A stretch of DNA of 44,242 nucleotides from an uncultured Gammaproteobacteria bacterium (GCA_964617045.1 CAZTVZ010000001.1:90521-134762); one strand, 5' to 3'; positions 1 to 11,032 are shown, counted from the stretch's first letter. Notes: generated by a model from the letters alone, not told the origin. Numbers and translations: made by a program.

Positions 1-2
1 TT

Positions 3-1790
<1,788 letters not shown>

Positions 1791-1813
1791 TAAGTTAGTT
1801 GTTAACTTGAATT

Positions 1814-2293
1814 ATGGATTTTGAAGTCCTCATTGAAATACCCGCTGAGAGTCAAGTTAAATATGAGGTTGATAAAGAAACCGGACAACTAAGGGTCGAC
1901 AGATTCCTTCACACCTCAAGTATTTATCCCTACAACTACGGATTTATTCGCAACACAAACGGAAAAGATGGGGATCCCTTGGACGCACTCGTTATTTCAT
2001 CCGAAAGAATATATCCGGGAGTATTAATAGAATGTCATGCTGTCGGACTACTTGAAATGGAAGACGAGGCAGGAAAAGACACAAAAATTCTTGCGGTTCC
2101 CGACAAAAAGATTGATCCTGTTTTTGGTGTATACGATTCAATTGACGACGTACCCGAGGCAACAAGAAATTTGATTAAGCAGTTCTTCCAAAATTATAAA
2201 TCTCTGGAACCCAAAAAATGGGTTAAGGTGCACGGCTTCAAAGGAGCGGGAGAAGCAAATAAAGTACTTGAATCGTCTTCCTCTTTTAAGTAA
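1814..2293 (+). CDS. ppa: Inorganic pyrophosphatase (family I)
   Basis: KYEVDKETG, YPYNYGFI, DGDPLD active-site motif, DEAGKDTKI. Confidence 0.95.
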   Translation: MDFEVLIEIPAESQVKYEVDKETGQLRVDRFLHTSSIYPYNYGFIRNTNGKDGDPLDALVISSERIYPGVLIECHAVGLLEMEDEAGKDTKILAVPDKKIDPVFGVYDSIDDVPEATRNLIKQFFQNYKSLEPKKWVKVHGFKGAGEANKVLESSSSFK

Positions 2294-2331
2294 GTCTTCC
2301 CAAAAATTAATTTCTCGGGTATATTTTTGCC

Positions 2332-2667
2332 ATGTCAATTGAATTTAGAGAAAAACTACTCGCTATGTACGGAGGAAAAATCGAGACTCCGACACCGAAG
2401 CGGATCGAGGATATGCTCATTGTCGGCAATGATATATCTCAATTATCCGCCGAATTAAACTATTATAACTGCGAACTTCTGAAAGAAGTATTTCACCCAA
2501 ACGGATCGTTTTTTGCACACAAGGTTCCAAATTTTGCTTCTTCACTGAACAGCCTAAGAGATAAATATTCCGAAGAAAACTTGATGCTTTTAAGTGCCAG
2601 GTGTGTCAGAACCGACGGGACAATAAACGAAAGGCGTTTTAAAAGAATATTGAAAAAAATTAGCTAA
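2332..2667 (+). CDS. Hypothetical protein, 111 aa
   Basis: Uninterrupted ORF between ppa and the next genes. TATATT lies 6 nt before the ATG, as for other genes here. Confidence 0.6.
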   Translation: MSIEFREKLLAMYGGKIETPTPKRIEDMLIVGNDISQLSAELNYYNCELLKEVFHPNGSFFAHKVPNFASSLNSLRDKYSEENLMLLSARCVRTDGTINERRFKRILKKIS

Positions 2668-2687
2668 ACCTGTATTTTATTGATGTC

Positions 2688-2861
2688 ATGAGAGCCGAAA
2701 TAGAATCAAACGAAATAAAAACCATAATCGACAAAGGAAAGCCTCCTGTTCCCGAAACCGGCCCAAAACCAATCGGGCCAACAAAAGAAATATCTTGGGA
2801 CATAAGAAGACATATGCCCAGACCGGATTCGGCAAAAATTGACAAGAAAAACAGAAAATAA
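2688..2861 (+). CDS. Small Pro/Lys-rich hypothetical protein, 57 aa (below the ORF-track cutoff)
   Basis: Hand translation MRAEIESNEIKTIIDKGKPPVPETGPKPIGPTKEISWDIRRHMPRPDSAKIDKKNRK*. Fills the gap on the same strand as its neighbours; TATTTT lies 9 nt upstream. Confidence 0.45.
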   Translation: MRAEIESNEIKTIIDKGKPPVPETGPKPIGPTKEISWDIRRHMPRPDSAKIDKKNRK

Positions 2862-2879
2862 CTGTTGTATAGTTAATTA

Positions 2880-3404
2880 ATGCGCAACTTCATTATTCTT
2901 CTTGGAATTCTACTAATCTTTGCAACGGGTTATTGGGTTTTCAAAAACTCCGAAAAGTTTGGATTAGATTTCAGTTCACCGGAAATACAGGATAAACCTA
3001 TTGATTTGGCAATAAGGAAATATATAACTTCAAAAATAATTTACGACATCTATCCTCAATCGAAAGTGTTTTGTTCATACCATACATACGGAACCGAGAA
3101 AGAAGAGGAGCACAACTACACCTTAGCTTACCTTTGGGTCTATTGTGAAGAATATTATATTGAAAACAACCAACCGGTGTTGGGGCAAGGTGTTTCATAT
3201 CCCGTAAAACTAATAGTTGAAGAAGTGGACGGAAAGTTTTCTGTTCAATCTCACGAAGAACCCGAAGACGGAGAGAATTATGCAAAGTCTATAAGAGATA
3301 TGTTCCCCGACAAGTACGAGGATGCGGCGATAAACGGATACAAGATAGAAAGATTTAACCCCAACCCCTTGGATCAGGCAAAGATGTACTTCAGTTTAAA
3401 TTAA
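2880..3404 (+). CDS. Membrane-anchored/secreted hypothetical protein with a Cys pair
   Basis: N-terminal hydrophobic helix, FCSYH and YLWVYCEEY motifs; TATAGT 6 nt upstream. Confidence 0.8.
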   Translation: MRNFIILLGILLIFATGYWVFKNSEKFGLDFSSPEIQDKPIDLAIRKYITSKIIYDIYPQSKVFCSYHTYGTEKEEEHNYTLAYLWVYCEEYYIENNQPVLGQGVSYPVKLIVEEVDGKFSVQSHEEPEDGENYAKSIRDMFPDKYEDAAINGYKIERFNPNPLDQAKMYFSLN

Positions 3405-3940
3405 ACAACAAGTTTTCTCCTGAGCATTTCGGCATCTGATTCTTTTGCGTTTTCCCAAGTATCCAAACCTTTAATTGCTAAGATACTTTTTGCGAAGCCG
3501 CGACCAATTTTCTCCGAAGGAACAATACCCGATCGTGCCAATTCTTTTGCTGCTTCTTGATGATAATCATTTCTCAATTGATCAAGAGCAACAACTTCTT
3601 CTCCGCTTTCGAATCCTTCTCTTGTTTTCCGGTTAATATCGATTACTAATTCTTCATAATTTTTGATAGCTTCCACGCATCTGGGGGGGTAATTATTTGG
3701 ACAATATCTGAAATTAACATTGTTTTGACAAAAATTTACAAAGTCTATCTTGGCTTGATCGCTTTCTAAAAACACCCTTTCTTTTTCTTTCTGCGTAACG
3801 TCAGAGGAGAGAGTTTTGTTGCGATAAAAGTTTTCAATTCCTTCTTGGTAGTTATTGCTTTTATAAAATCGGTCCATCAGTTCAAACGGATCTTTCAATA
3901 CGTCATTGTTATTTCCTTCTGTTTGTTCGCAATTCTCCAT
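3401..3940 (-). CDS. Hypothetical helical protein, 179 aa (start moved to MENCEQ)
   Basis: Long ORF. TAATAT lies 7 nt upstream of the ATG at 3940, favouring this start over 3982. Confidence 0.65.
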   Translation of the reverse strand: MENCEQTEGNNNDVLKDPFELMDRFYKSNNYQEGIENFYRNKTLSSDVTQKEKERVFLESDQAKIDFVNFCQNNVNFRYCPNNYPPRCVEAIKNYEELVIDINRKTREGFESGEEVVALDQLRNDYHQEAAKELARSGIVPSEKIGRGFAKSILAIKGLDTWENAKESDAEMLRRKLVV

Positions 3941-3987
3941 GTATTTAATATTACATAAATTGCTATAATTCCGTAACATCAATTTCC

Positions 3988-4317
3988 ATGGATTTTAATT
4001 ATTATCAAAAAAGATCACGCAAAACCGCACAATATCCTGCAATCGGAAATAAGATAATTTATCCGACACTCGGACTCTTGGGAGAATCGGGTGAAGTTGC
4101 AGAAAAAATTAAAAAACTTTTTAGGGATAAAAAGGGGAAACTCACGAAAGAATATAAAATGGAAATTGTCAAAGAACTAGGCGATATTCTTTGGTATCTT
4201 TCTCAAATGACAAGTGAACTGGGTATTTCGTTAAACGATGTTGCAAAAAACAATCTGGAAAAAATTGAATCCCGAAAAGACAGAAACCTGATTTCCGGTG
4301 ACGGCGACAACAGATAA
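3988..4317 (+). CDS. MazG-like all-alpha nucleotide pyrophosphohydrolase
   Basis: LGLLGESGEVAEKIKK and KELGDILWY ExxE...ExxD motifs; C-terminal GDGDNR typical of short MazG-like NTP-PPases. Confidence 0.88.
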   Translation: MDFNYYQKRSRKTAQYPAIGNKIIYPTLGLLGESGEVAEKIKKLFRDKKGKLTKEYKMEIVKELGDILWYLSQMTSELGISLNDVAKNNLEKIESRKDRNLISGDGDNR

Positions 4318-4336
4318 TTTTGTTATAATATTATTA

Positions 4337-4729
4337 ATGCCTCACTTATTAAAAGTTTACTTGTCCTCTCTTCCTATCTTTCTTGGCATTGACGCTTTGT
4401 GGCTTTTTGTAATCGCCAAAAATTTTTATGACAAACAATTTGAAGCCTTTGACAGAACGGCACGCTTGGCTCCTGCAATCCTTGTTTATCTTCTTATTCC
4501 TTTGGGAGTACTTCTTTTTGCGGTTCCCAAAGCAAACGGGAATTATCTTCATGCACTCGGTTGGGGAGCATTATTCGGATTAATAGGTTACGGTATATAT
4601 GATCTTACAAATCATGCAATTCTTTCCAATTTTTCTCTAAAACTAACAATTGTTGACATTATCTGGGGAATGACCGTTTGTGGTATCAGTGCAGTTATTA
4701 TGACATGGCTAACAAAAATAATAAAATAA
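4337..4729 (+). CDS. DUF2177-family membrane protein
   Basis: GIDALWL, YGIYDLTNHA, DIIWG motifs. Start chosen from TGnTATAAT 7 nt upstream of ATG 4337. Confidence 0.8.
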   Translation: MPHLLKVYLSSLPIFLGIDALWLFVIAKNFYDKQFEAFDRTARLAPAILVYLLIPLGVLLFAVPKANGNYLHALGWGALFGLIGYGIYDLTNHAILSNFSLKLTIVDIIWGMTVCGISAVIMTWLTKIIK

Positions 4730-5187
4730 AACCGTATCAATTATTAATCCCGCTTATCACCGTTTTAGTTGCCTTTGTCGGTAGTCAATTAACAAATGTC
4801 GGATTGAACGATTGGTATTTCCTCATCGACAAACCTGCGTGGACACCACCCGGATCGACAATCGGAATGGTATGGACCGTTATTTTTATCCTTACTGCCA
4901 TATCAGCATTTATTGTTTATTCCAAAAAACCAAAAAACATTAGGGCAATCACAACTCTTTTCATAATCAACGCAGGGCTAAATATCTTTTGGAGTGCTCT
5001 GTTTTTCGTTTTTCATGCTCTTCAAATTGCTACCGTCGAAGCTGGTATTTTAGCTCTTAGCGTAGTTGCTCTAATTATTAATATCTGGCCGGTTTCGAAA
5101 ATCGCATCGTTTCTTTTAATTCCTTACGCAGCGTGGGTATCGTTCGCTACATATCTTACACATATGGTTTCATCAATGAACCCCTAA
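4705..5187 (+). CDS. tspO: TspO/MBR tryptophan-rich sensory protein
   Basis: WY..IDKPAWTPP, VWTVIF, NIFWSALFF, LLIPYAAWVSFATYL. Confidence 0.93.
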   Translation: MANKNNKIKPYQLLIPLITVLVAFVGSQLTNVGLNDWYFLIDKPAWTPPGSTIGMVWTVIFILTAISAFIVYSKKPKNIRAITTLFIINAGLNIFWSALFFVFHALQIATVEAGILALSVVALIINIWPVSKIASFLLIPYAAWVSFATYLTHMVSSMNP

Positions 5188-5223
5188 GCATCTTGAATTG
5201 AAAGCTTATTGTGGTTTATTCTA

Positions 5224-5252
5224 TTGCTTCACAAACCCAAAAAGGGTAGAAT
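5224..5252 (+). promoter_or_regulatory. Probable sigma70 promoter of gyrA
   Basis: TTGCTT-17 nt-TAGAAT, 44 nt upstream of the gyrA ATG. Confidence 0.6.
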
Positions 5253-5296
5253 GATTTAAGGCTAACTAGCCTGATTTTTTTGTTTAAAGAATAGTA

Positions 5297-7927
5297 ATGG
5301 AAATCGGAAAAGTACAACCCGTAGAGATTACCAAAGAACTGTCACAAAGTTATTTGGATTATGCAATGAGTGTTATCGTTGCAAGAGCTCTTCCCGATGT
5401 CAGAGACGGTCTTAAACCCGTACACAGAAGAATCCTTTACGCAATGAATTTAATGGGACTGGGACCGGGTTCTTCTTTTTCCAAATCCGCAAAAGTCGTT
5501 GGAGAAGTATTGGGTAAATATCATCCTCACGGAGATTCTCCGGTATACGAAGCAATGGTTCGTTTGGCTCAAGATTTTTCAATGAGGTATCCACTTGTCA
5601 AAGGGCAGGGTAATTTCGGATCTGTTGACGGTGATCCGGCCGCCGCAATGCGTTACACCGAAGTCAAACTCGCAAAGATATCGGAAACAATGCTTACGGA
5701 TATCGAAAAAGATACGGTTGAATATACAGAAAACTTTGACGCAACGCTTAAAGAACCAGTTTATTTACCGGCACTTCTTCCCAATCTTCTTTTGATGGGT
5801 TCGGAAGGTATTGCTGTCGGAATGGCCACGAAGATACCTCCACATAACTTAACAGAACTTGTTGATGCCATTACGGCAATGATCAAAAAAGGCAAAGTAA
5901 TCTCTGAAGAAAAAGAGGCTACCGATCAAACAGATTTTGTCATTAAAAAAATTAGCCTAGTCGCTTCAGGGGAAGAAAAATCCCTTTCGGAAGAAGATAT
6001 CACCCCCAACACAATTAGTTTCGACTCCGATATAACATCAGACGAATTATCTGAATTCATTCCTGGTCCCGATTTTCCAACCGGGGGAGCAATTTATGAT
6101 GCAAATTCTCTGAAAGAAGTATATGCGACAGGAAGGGGAAGAATAGTAGTAAGAGGAATTGCCGAAATCAAAGAAGGTGCAAAAGGAAAGCAACAAATCG
6201 TAATTACAGAAATTCCGTATCAAGTAAACAAATCAGAATTGGTAATGAAAATTGCCGATCTGGTGAAGGACAAAAAAGTGGTCGGGATATCGGATATCCG
6301 GGACGAATCGGACAAGGACGGAATGAGCGTTGTAATAGACCTTAAAAGAGACGCAAAACCCAAGTCGATTCTAAATAACATCTATAAACACACAAAATTG
6401 CAAACAACATTCCCTGCAAATTTCGTTGCGCTTGTAGATGGAACGCCACATACCTTAAACCTCAAAACCATTCTTACGGAATATGTTAAACACAGACAAA
6501 GAGTAGTAACAAGAAGAACCATATTTGAATTAACGGAAGCCAAAAAACGAGCACACATATTGGAAGGATTGAAAATTGCACTTGATAACTTGGACGCCGT
6601 AATTAAAACCATACGTGAATCCAGAACTCAAGATGACGCAAAAAAGAATTTGATCGAAAGATTCGGTCTTTCGGCTATTCAATCTACTGCAATTTTGGAT
6701 ATGCAACTTAGACGTTTGGCTGCTCTGGAAAGAGAAAAGATCGAAAAAGAATATGAAGAAATCAAAAAACTTATTGATCAACTAACGGCAATTCTAAAAA
6801 ACCCGCAAAAGGTATTGGATATTATCGTGGATGAAATTACCGCACTAAAAGAAAAATTTGGCGATCAAAGAAAAACAAAAATTTACAAATCAGCAATAGG
6901 GGAGTTCTCCGAAGAAGATTTGGTTGCCAAAGAAGAAACTTTAATAACTGTCACCAAGACCGGTTACATCAAAAGACTTCCGATTAATACTTATAAAGCA
7001 CAAAGACGCGGTGGAAAAGGTGTTCTCGGAATGACCACCAAAGAAGAGGATGAAATTTATCATATAATCTCGGCAACCACCCACGACACGATACTTTTCT
7101 TTACAGATAAGGGAAGGGTATTCGGGACAAAGGCATGGGAAATACCCGAATCCTCGAGACAAGCCAAAGGGCAAGCGTTGGTTAACATCCTGAATCTTGA
7201 ACAGGGAGAACAAATTAAATCGATTCTTCCTTTGAGTAACGACCCCGAAGTAAAACATCTCATAATGGCAACAAAATTCGGCGTCATTAAAAAGACTGCT
7301 CTAAAAGAGTTTGAAAACCTTAGATCCTCGGGTTTGATCGCCATTAGGTTGCACCCGCAAGATGCACTCGTATCGGTTCATCCCACAAAGGGAGAAGACC
7401 ACATAATCATGCTTACTTGGGAAGGTAAATCCATTAGATTCCCCGAGCAAAATGTGAGACCAATGGGAAGAGCAACATCGGGTGTTGCAGGTATTAGATT
7501 AGACAAAAACGATGAAGTCATTGGAATGGAAGTATTCCCCGGGAAAGAAAAAATTATTGCCGACAAAAGAAGAAAAGTATTCAGAGATATACTAACCATT
7601 GCAGAAAAAGGTTTAGGCAAAAGAACTCCAATACATCTATTCCCCATACAAAAAAGGGCAGGCAAGGGAGTCAAAGCAGCCGTAGTTACATCAAAAACTG
7701 GTAATCTGGCAACCGCGGTAATGGTTACTGAAGAATTTGATCAGGTAGTAATGACATCCAAGAATGGACAGGTTATCAAGCTTCCTATTAAGAACATTCC
7801 ACAACTCGGAAGGGCAACCCAAGGAGTAATCCTGATGAGATTTAACGACAAAACAGACACTGTGGCTGCAGCAACCTGTCTCAAGAAAGACGGCGAAGAA
7901 GAAACTTCGGAACCTCAAGCACAATAG
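5297..7927 (+). CDS. gyrA: DNA gyrase subunit A
   Basis: [26 protein letters not shown] catalytic Tyr, GyrA-box QRRGGKG, C-terminal pinwheel repeats. Confidence 0.97.
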   Translation: MEIGKVQPVEITKELSQSYLDYAMSVIVARALPDVRDGLKPVHRRILYAMNLMGLGPGSSFSKSAKVVGEVLGKYHPHGDSPVYEAMVRLAQDFSMRYPLVKGQGNFGSVDGDPAAAMRYTEVKLAKISETMLTDIEKDTVEYTENFDATLKEPVYLPALLPNLLLMGSEGIAVGMATKIPPHNLTELVDAITAMIKKGKVISEEKEATDQTDFVIKKISLVASGEEKSLSEEDITPNTISFDSDITSDELSEFIPGPDFPTGGAIYDANSLKEVYATGRGRIVVRGIAEIKEGAKGKQQIVITEIPYQVNKSELVMKIADLVKDKKVVGISDIRDESDKDGMSVVIDLKRDAKPKSILNNIYKHTKLQTTFPANFVALVDGTPHTLNLKTILTEYVKHRQRVVTRRTIFELTEAKKRAHILEGLKIALDNLDAVIKTIRESRTQDDAKKNLIERFGLSAIQSTAILDMQLRRLAALEREKIEKEYEEIKKLIDQLTAILKNPQKVLDIIVDEITALKEKFGDQRKTKIYKSAIGEFSEEDLVAKEETLITVTKTGYIKRLPINTYKAQRRGGKGVLGMTTKEEDEIYHIISATTHDTILFFTDKGRVFGTKAWEIPESSRQAKGQALVNILNLEQGEQIKSILPLSNDPEVKHLIMATKFGVIKKTALKEFENLRSSGLIAIRLHPQDALVSVHPTKGEDHIIMLTWEGKSIRFPEQNVRPMGRATSGVAGIRLDKNDEVIGMEVFPGKEKIIADKRRKVFRDILTIAEKGLGKRTPIHLFPIQKRAGKGVKAAVVTSKTGNLATAVMVTEEFDQVVMTSKNGQVIKLPIKNIPQLGRATQGVILMRFNDKTDTVAAATCLKKDGEEETSEPQAQ

Positions 7928-7973
7928 TAAACACTCTGGCCTCATTTTTTCCACTTCATAATTCTCAACGATC

Positions 7974-7982
7974 TGATATACT
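7974..7982 (+). promoter_or_regulatory. Extended -10 promoter of cassette A
   Basis: TGATATACT followed by a leader of about 37 nt and AAGGAGG 4 nt before ATG 8026. Confidence 0.6.
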
Positions 7983-7999
7983 ATGGGTGTTCTTTTAAA

Positions 8000-8602
8000 A
8001 TCGGAAACTATTAAAAGGAGGAAAAATGAACCCAAAAAAGGCTTTTGTGTTTTTATCTTTCCTGGTCTTGGTTACCCTGGTACTTACCGCTTGCCAACCG
8101 CAGGTTGTATATGTTCCCAGTGAGCCTCAGGTTGTGTATATTACCCAACCGGCTCCGCCACAGACCGAATCACAGCCACAAGTTGTGGTTGTTCAAGCTC
8201 CACCGGCTCAACAGCAACAGCAGCAACAACAATCAGTTGTGGTTGAAGTTGCACCCAATCCGATAGTTGTTGTCGAACCGACGCCTGAACCAAGAATTAT
8301 TATTGCACCAGATCCTTGGGAAGCATGTCCGGGAGCGAGGCTTTCTAGACTATATCCAGGAATGACTGCATATGTAGCATACGATCCACCATTGGATCAA
8401 AGAGTTCGAAAAGGAGCGGGTACAAAATACGAAATTGTTGGCATGATGGATCCTGGCACACAATTTTCGATTCTTGATGGACCAAAATGTGCAAACGGTT
8501 GGGTGTGGTGGAAAATCGAAACCACAGACTGGACTCTGTCAGGATGGACAGTCGAAGGAGACGAATCAGACTATTGGCTTGTTCCAATATATTAGTTCCG
8601 AT
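8000..8602 (+). repeat. Cassette A closing inverted repeat (arms 8000-8010 and 8593-8602)
   Basis: ATCGGAAACTA pairs with TAGTTCCGAT (10 bp plus one bulged A); the right arm starts with the stop codon. Confidence 0.6.
8026..8595 (+). CDS. Lipoprotein with Pro/Gln/Val repeat linker and C-terminal SH3-like domain
   Basis: Signal peptide with lipobox LTAC; QPQVV repeats and Q8; RVRKGAGTKYEIVG...GP.C..GWVWWKI bacterial SH3-type signature. Confidence 0.8.
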   Translation: MNPKKAFVFLSFLVLVTLVLTACQPQVVYVPSEPQVVYITQPAPPQTESQPQVVVVQAPPAQQQQQQQQSVVVEVAPNPIVVVEPTPEPRIIIAPDPWEACPGARLSRLYPGMTAYVAYDPPLDQRVRKGAGTKYEIVGMMDPGTQFSILDGPKCANGWVWWKIETTDWTLSGWTVEGDESDYWLVPIY

Positions 8603-8613
8603 GTAACCAAAGA

Positions 8614-8649
8614 GGGGTAAATTCTCATAAGAAGTTTACCCCTTTTTTT
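8614..8649 (+). terminator. Intrinsic terminator of cassette A
   Basis: GGGGTAAATTCT-CATA-AGAAGTTTACCCC followed by a T tract. Confidence 0.85.
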
Positions 8650-8666
8650 ATTATGGGTTAACTATG

Positions 8667-8675
8667 TGCTATAAT
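8667..8675 (+). promoter_or_regulatory. Extended -10 promoter of cassette B
   Basis: TGCTATAAT directly after terminator A; SD AAAGGAGG at 8732-8739. Confidence 0.7.
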
Positions 8676-8744
8676 CGGGCGTCGTCTGGAAAGCCCAAAC
8701 GATAATGCACCTTAAAATTCATTCAATTCTAAAAGGAGGCTGGG

Positions 8745-8969
8745 ATGGAAGATAGATTGCTAAGAACAGACTCATCCATTGATGTCCTTCAAAAAGCAAT
8801 TGCGGATGGACACGTTAAAACACTCAGAGATGCAATCAATTTTGCATTTCATCGAGGCCTTGATTTCGGAGAAGGCGTTCACACAACAGATGTGTTGATG
8901 ACTCTTTCCTCTCAAGGGAAATTGTTTATTGATCCCGAAAGCGGGAACATAACAAAAATACAAGAGTAA
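8745..8969 (+). CDS. Small soluble hypothetical protein, 74 aa (possibly winged-helix-like)
   Basis: Strong SD. Predicted helices followed by a GKLFIDPESGNI beta-hairpin-like end; the fold is inference only. Confidence 0.75.
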   Translation: MEDRLLRTDSSIDVLQKAIADGHVKTLRDAINFAFHRGLDFGEGVHTTDVLMTLSSQGKLFIDPESGNITKIQE

Positions 8970-8981
8970 TAAGGAGGAGAT

Positions 8982-9143
8982 ATGTTCGAAGAAATCAATA
9001 ATATTATTGCCTCAATTGGTTCATCTCTTGCAATCCTCCTCTGTGTTGTTGCATGGCCGACAATTCTTTGGATCTTGTTCAAAGGGATTTACCATTCTGT
9101 TTTTAAAGAAAAAGACAGAACAAAAAAAGAGGGGGAAATATGA
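8982..9143 (+). CDS. Small single-pass membrane protein, 53 aa (missed by the ORF track)
   Basis: AAGGAGG SD; MFEEINNIIASIGSSLAILLCVVAWPTILWILFKGIYHSVFKEKDRTKKEGEI*; ATGA overlap with the next gene. Confidence 0.75.
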   Translation: MFEEINNIIASIGSSLAILLCVVAWPTILWILFKGIYHSVFKEKDRTKKEGEI

Positions 9144-9487
9144 ACCCATACACAAATATATTTTCAAACGTATGCGTAATTATTGCATCCGTGTATATTC
9201 TGTATGCGTTTCTCACAAGAAGAATGGGAGAAGAATTCGAAGAAAGCTTTCGACCTATTCTGGTAATTGCTTTTCAGCTGATCAGCATCGGCTACACGGG
9301 ATTTATCGTCTTGGCGATAATTGCCCGGGATATTACTACCGCACTTTCATATCTGCTAATCCTATCCATACTTATCATCCTCACAATATTGAACATTAGG
9401 TTGGTTGAACCAAAATCACTCTTGTTCGACGAACTATTGTTTTTAAGTATGAGAAAATTTTTGTCCAGTGATGATATGGATGAGTAG
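9140..9487 (+). CDS. Membrane protein, 115 aa, about 3 TM segments
   Basis: Three hydrophobic stretches; translationally coupled by the ATGA overlap. Confidence 0.75.
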   Translation: MNPYTNIFSNVCVIIASVYILYAFLTRRMGEEFEESFRPILVIAFQLISIGYTGFIVLAIIARDITTALSYLLILSILIILTILNIRLVEPKSLLFDELLFLSMRKFLSSDDMDE

Positions 9488-9505
9488 AATTGAATGTTCA
9501 TTAGT

Positions 9506-9555
9506 AGGCACGGGTTGGATTATTCCAACAGAACAATTGTTCACCGTGCCTTTTT
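9506..9555 (+). terminator. Branched intrinsic terminator of cassette B
   Basis: AGGCACGG/CCGTGCCT stem plus T tract, enclosing GTTGGA-TTAT-TCCAAC and GAAC-AATT-GTTC hairpins. Confidence 0.75.
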
Positions 9556-9573
9556 CTATGTTATAAATTAATT

Positions 9574-10077
9574 ATGGATAGGGTAGTGGTTGTAAACGAT
9601 AAAATGCAAAAGGATTATTCCTATCATCTTTCAGAAAAGATGGGGGATGGTTTTGATCCCGATTTTAAACCTGAATTAACCCCAAAAGAAATGCTAAAGA
9701 TGGGAGTATTCGGTGGAAAATACATGACAGATTGTGCAAGGGAATTTCCTAAAGATTGGTATACCGAAGCAAAATTAAATTCCGAAAAGCATGATCCTCA
9801 GTTGAATTATTTTGGTGTTAATGCTTCTCAACCCCTTTCCGTATGGAAGAAAAAGGGATGGATAAATAAACAGGATCCGAGGGGTTGGTTTCAATGGTAT
9901 TGTCGATATTTTATGGGCAGAAGAAGTCTTGATGACGAAAGACAAATCAAAAGATGGAAAGCCATCAAAAGACATATCGGTCAAATCAAAAAGAATTGTA
10001 AACCGAAAGACCTAAACTGCAGAAAAGTCCAAAGACAAGCCCTTCTTCATTGGGCTATTGATTCCAGGAAGATTTAA
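9574..10077 (+). CDS. Conserved hypothetical protein (TPxEML..GVFGGKY / DPRGWFQWYCRY..GRR family)
   Basis: Highly patterned Trp/Tyr/Arg motifs that I recall from an uncharacterised family; function unknown. Confidence 0.8.
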   Translation: MDRVVVVNDKMQKDYSYHLSEKMGDGFDPDFKPELTPKEMLKMGVFGGKYMTDCAREFPKDWYTEAKLNSEKHDPQLNYFGVNASQPLSVWKKKGWINKQDPRGWFQWYCRYFMGRRSLDDERQIKRWKAIKRHIGQIKKNCKPKDLNCRKVQRQALLHWAIDSRKI

Positions 10078-11024
10078 TGTCCTTTGCCGTGGAATGCTTG
10101 ATGAATATCCCTCAATTGCTTATTCGTAACGTGTGTATATATTTGAGTGGTTGCAATATTTTTATGGCCCAACATTTCCTGAACGCTTCTCAAGTCAGCT
10201 CCGGCCATTAATAGATCCGTTGCAAAAGAATGTCTCAATACGTGAGGTGTTACTTCCATGGGCAACTTAATTTTTCTTGCATAACCTTTGATCATTCTTT
10301 GAATGCTTCTTACAGTTAGCCTCATTTTTTCATCACCGGTTGAAGGATCTTTAGATCCTTTATGTCTTATAAATAAAGGCTTGTAGTGATCATTTCTGTT
10401 TTTGAGATAGTTGTCTATCCATTCCGCAGCTCTTCCGGAAAGGAATACCACTCTTGCCCTTCCTCCTTTTCCGACTATCCCAAACTCTTTTCTTTCCATA
10501 TCAATTTGATCCCTATTTAGTTTAGTAAGTTCGGAAACACGAAGCCCTGTTGAAAACAATACTTCGAGAATCGCCTTGTCTCTTTTTCCTTGTATTGTGG
10601 ATAATGTTGGAGCATTTAAGAGTCTGTCTACCATATCTCCGGTTAAAAATTTGACCGTTCTTTCGGGTATTTTCGGTAAATCAATTTTTTCGGGGGCCAT
10701 CACTTTAAGGTCATTTTTAATAAGCCATTTAAGAAAAGACCGTAATGCGATTACATGATAGCCTTGAGTTTTTCTCCCCAAAGTACCACCTTTTCCGTCA
10801 GTCAGTCCCGACAAATAGACCCTGTAAGACCTGACAACATCGGAATTGATGTCGTTTAGCCCTTGGTGAATATGTTCGTTTTCCAGATAATGAATAAATC
10901 TGTCCAAATAATGTTTGTAATTTCTTATTGTTAGGGGAGAGGAGCCTTTTTCGACTTGAAGATAACCCAAAAAATCAGTTACTTTTTTCGCAATTTCAGA
11001 CTGATTGGGCTGGGACTCAGTCAT
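10074..11024 (-). CDS. XerC/XerD-family tyrosine recombinase
   Basis: N-terminal SAM-like domain, LFSTGLRVSEL, HVLRHSFATDLL, LGHKNIATTQIYTH catalytic residues. Confidence 0.95.
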   Translation of the reverse strand: MTESQPNQSEIAKKVTDFLGYLQVEKGSSPLTIRNYKHYLDRFIHYLENEHIHQGLNDINSDVVRSYRVYLSGLTDGKGGTLGRKTQGYHVIALRSFLKWLIKNDLKVMAPEKIDLPKIPERTVKFLTGDMVDRLLNAPTLSTIQGKRDKAILEVLFSTGLRVSELTKLNRDQIDMERKEFGIVGKGGRARVVFLSGRAAEWIDNYLKNRNDHYKPLFIRHKGSKDPSTGDEKMRLTVRSIQRMIKGYARKIKLPMEVTPHVLRHSFATDLLMAGADLRSVQEMLGHKNIATTQIYTHVTNKQLRDIHQAFHGKGH

Positions 11025-11032
11025 GTTATTTC

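Larger units (their letters stand above)
8720..9496 (+). repeat. Cassette B closing inverted repeat (arms 8720-8731 and 9485-9496)
   Basis: CATTCAATTCTA / TAGAATTGAATG, a perfect 12 bp match. The left arm abuts the SD and the right arm begins with the last stop codon. Confidence 0.8.

Noticed and set aside
2660-2845. 61-aa minus-strand ORF
   Set aside because: Shadow of the more plausible plus-strand 57-aa ORF 2688-2861.
9007-9399. 130-aa plus-strand ORF
   Set aside because: TTG start without an SD, overlapping the two SD-led or coupled ORFs 8982-9143 and 9140-9487 in another frame.
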